Origin: Candidatus Poribacteria bacterium
GTDB lineage: Bacteria > Poribacteria > WGA-4E > WGA-3G
Direction: 5' to 3'
Assembly (NCBI GenBank): GCA_963663765.2
Contig: CAXXUA010000003.1
Location: forward strand, 416,001 to 480,000
Length of the DNA: 64,000 nucleotides
This document shows positions 63,883-64,000 of this stretch, in pieces. The first letter of the stretch is position 1. The number at the start of each line of letters is the position of its first letter. Position numbers and translations under genes: made by a program. Under the pieces are notes generated by a model. The model was given only the letters and a program-made list of their open reading frames with translations. It was not told the DNA's origin and searched no databases.

Positions 63883-64000
63883 ATGGCAGATCAGGATAAA
63901 ACCCAGAATGCGAATATCTCAAGAAGAAGTTTTTTGAAGAACATCGGCACTGGAGCTGCCGCTGCAGCCTTGACTCCAGCAACCTTGATTGCTGCAGAAA
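63883..64000 (+). CDS. Tat-signal protein, 5' part
   Basis: MADQDKTQNANISRRSFLKNIGTGAAAAAL. Confidence 0.7.
   Translation, partial: MADQDKTQNANISRRSFLKNIGTGAAAAALTPATLIAAE

Overview
AT-rich bacterial chromosomal window. Its gene content resembles Candidatus Poribacteria-type sponge symbionts (WD40/LRR proteins, PhyH dioxygenase, sulfatase, Rpn nucleases, many toxin-antitoxin pairs); this taxonomy is inference only. Family assignments come from motifs I recognised by eye, with no database search. 1-9.8 kb is a decayed plasmid/defence island bracketed by ~990-bp direct repeats. It holds a transglycosylase + nucleotidyltransferase-like gene pair, restriction-modification (RM) remnants and two candidate structured RNAs. 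Four IS elements have readable terminal inverted repeats (TIRs) and target-site duplications (TSDs): IS1634, IS1595, ISAs1 and ISKra4-like. Intergenic DNA is packed with nested MITEs of at least 7 TIR types carrying GTAG-type REP hairpins, a ~35-bp hairpin that inserts at C^G, and a 9 x 162/172-bp tandem array. An amino-acid ABC operon (aapJ ... aapQMP) is split by ~25 kb that includes a Type I RM locus (hsdM with a nonsense codon, hsdS, hsdR). Its cargo is punctuated by repeated hsdM 3' tails and includes a ddrB-like ParB fragment, a TIR-domain protein and an Rpn gene with an orphan C-terminal copy. No rRNA, tRNA, CRISPR array or reverse transcriptase was recognised.
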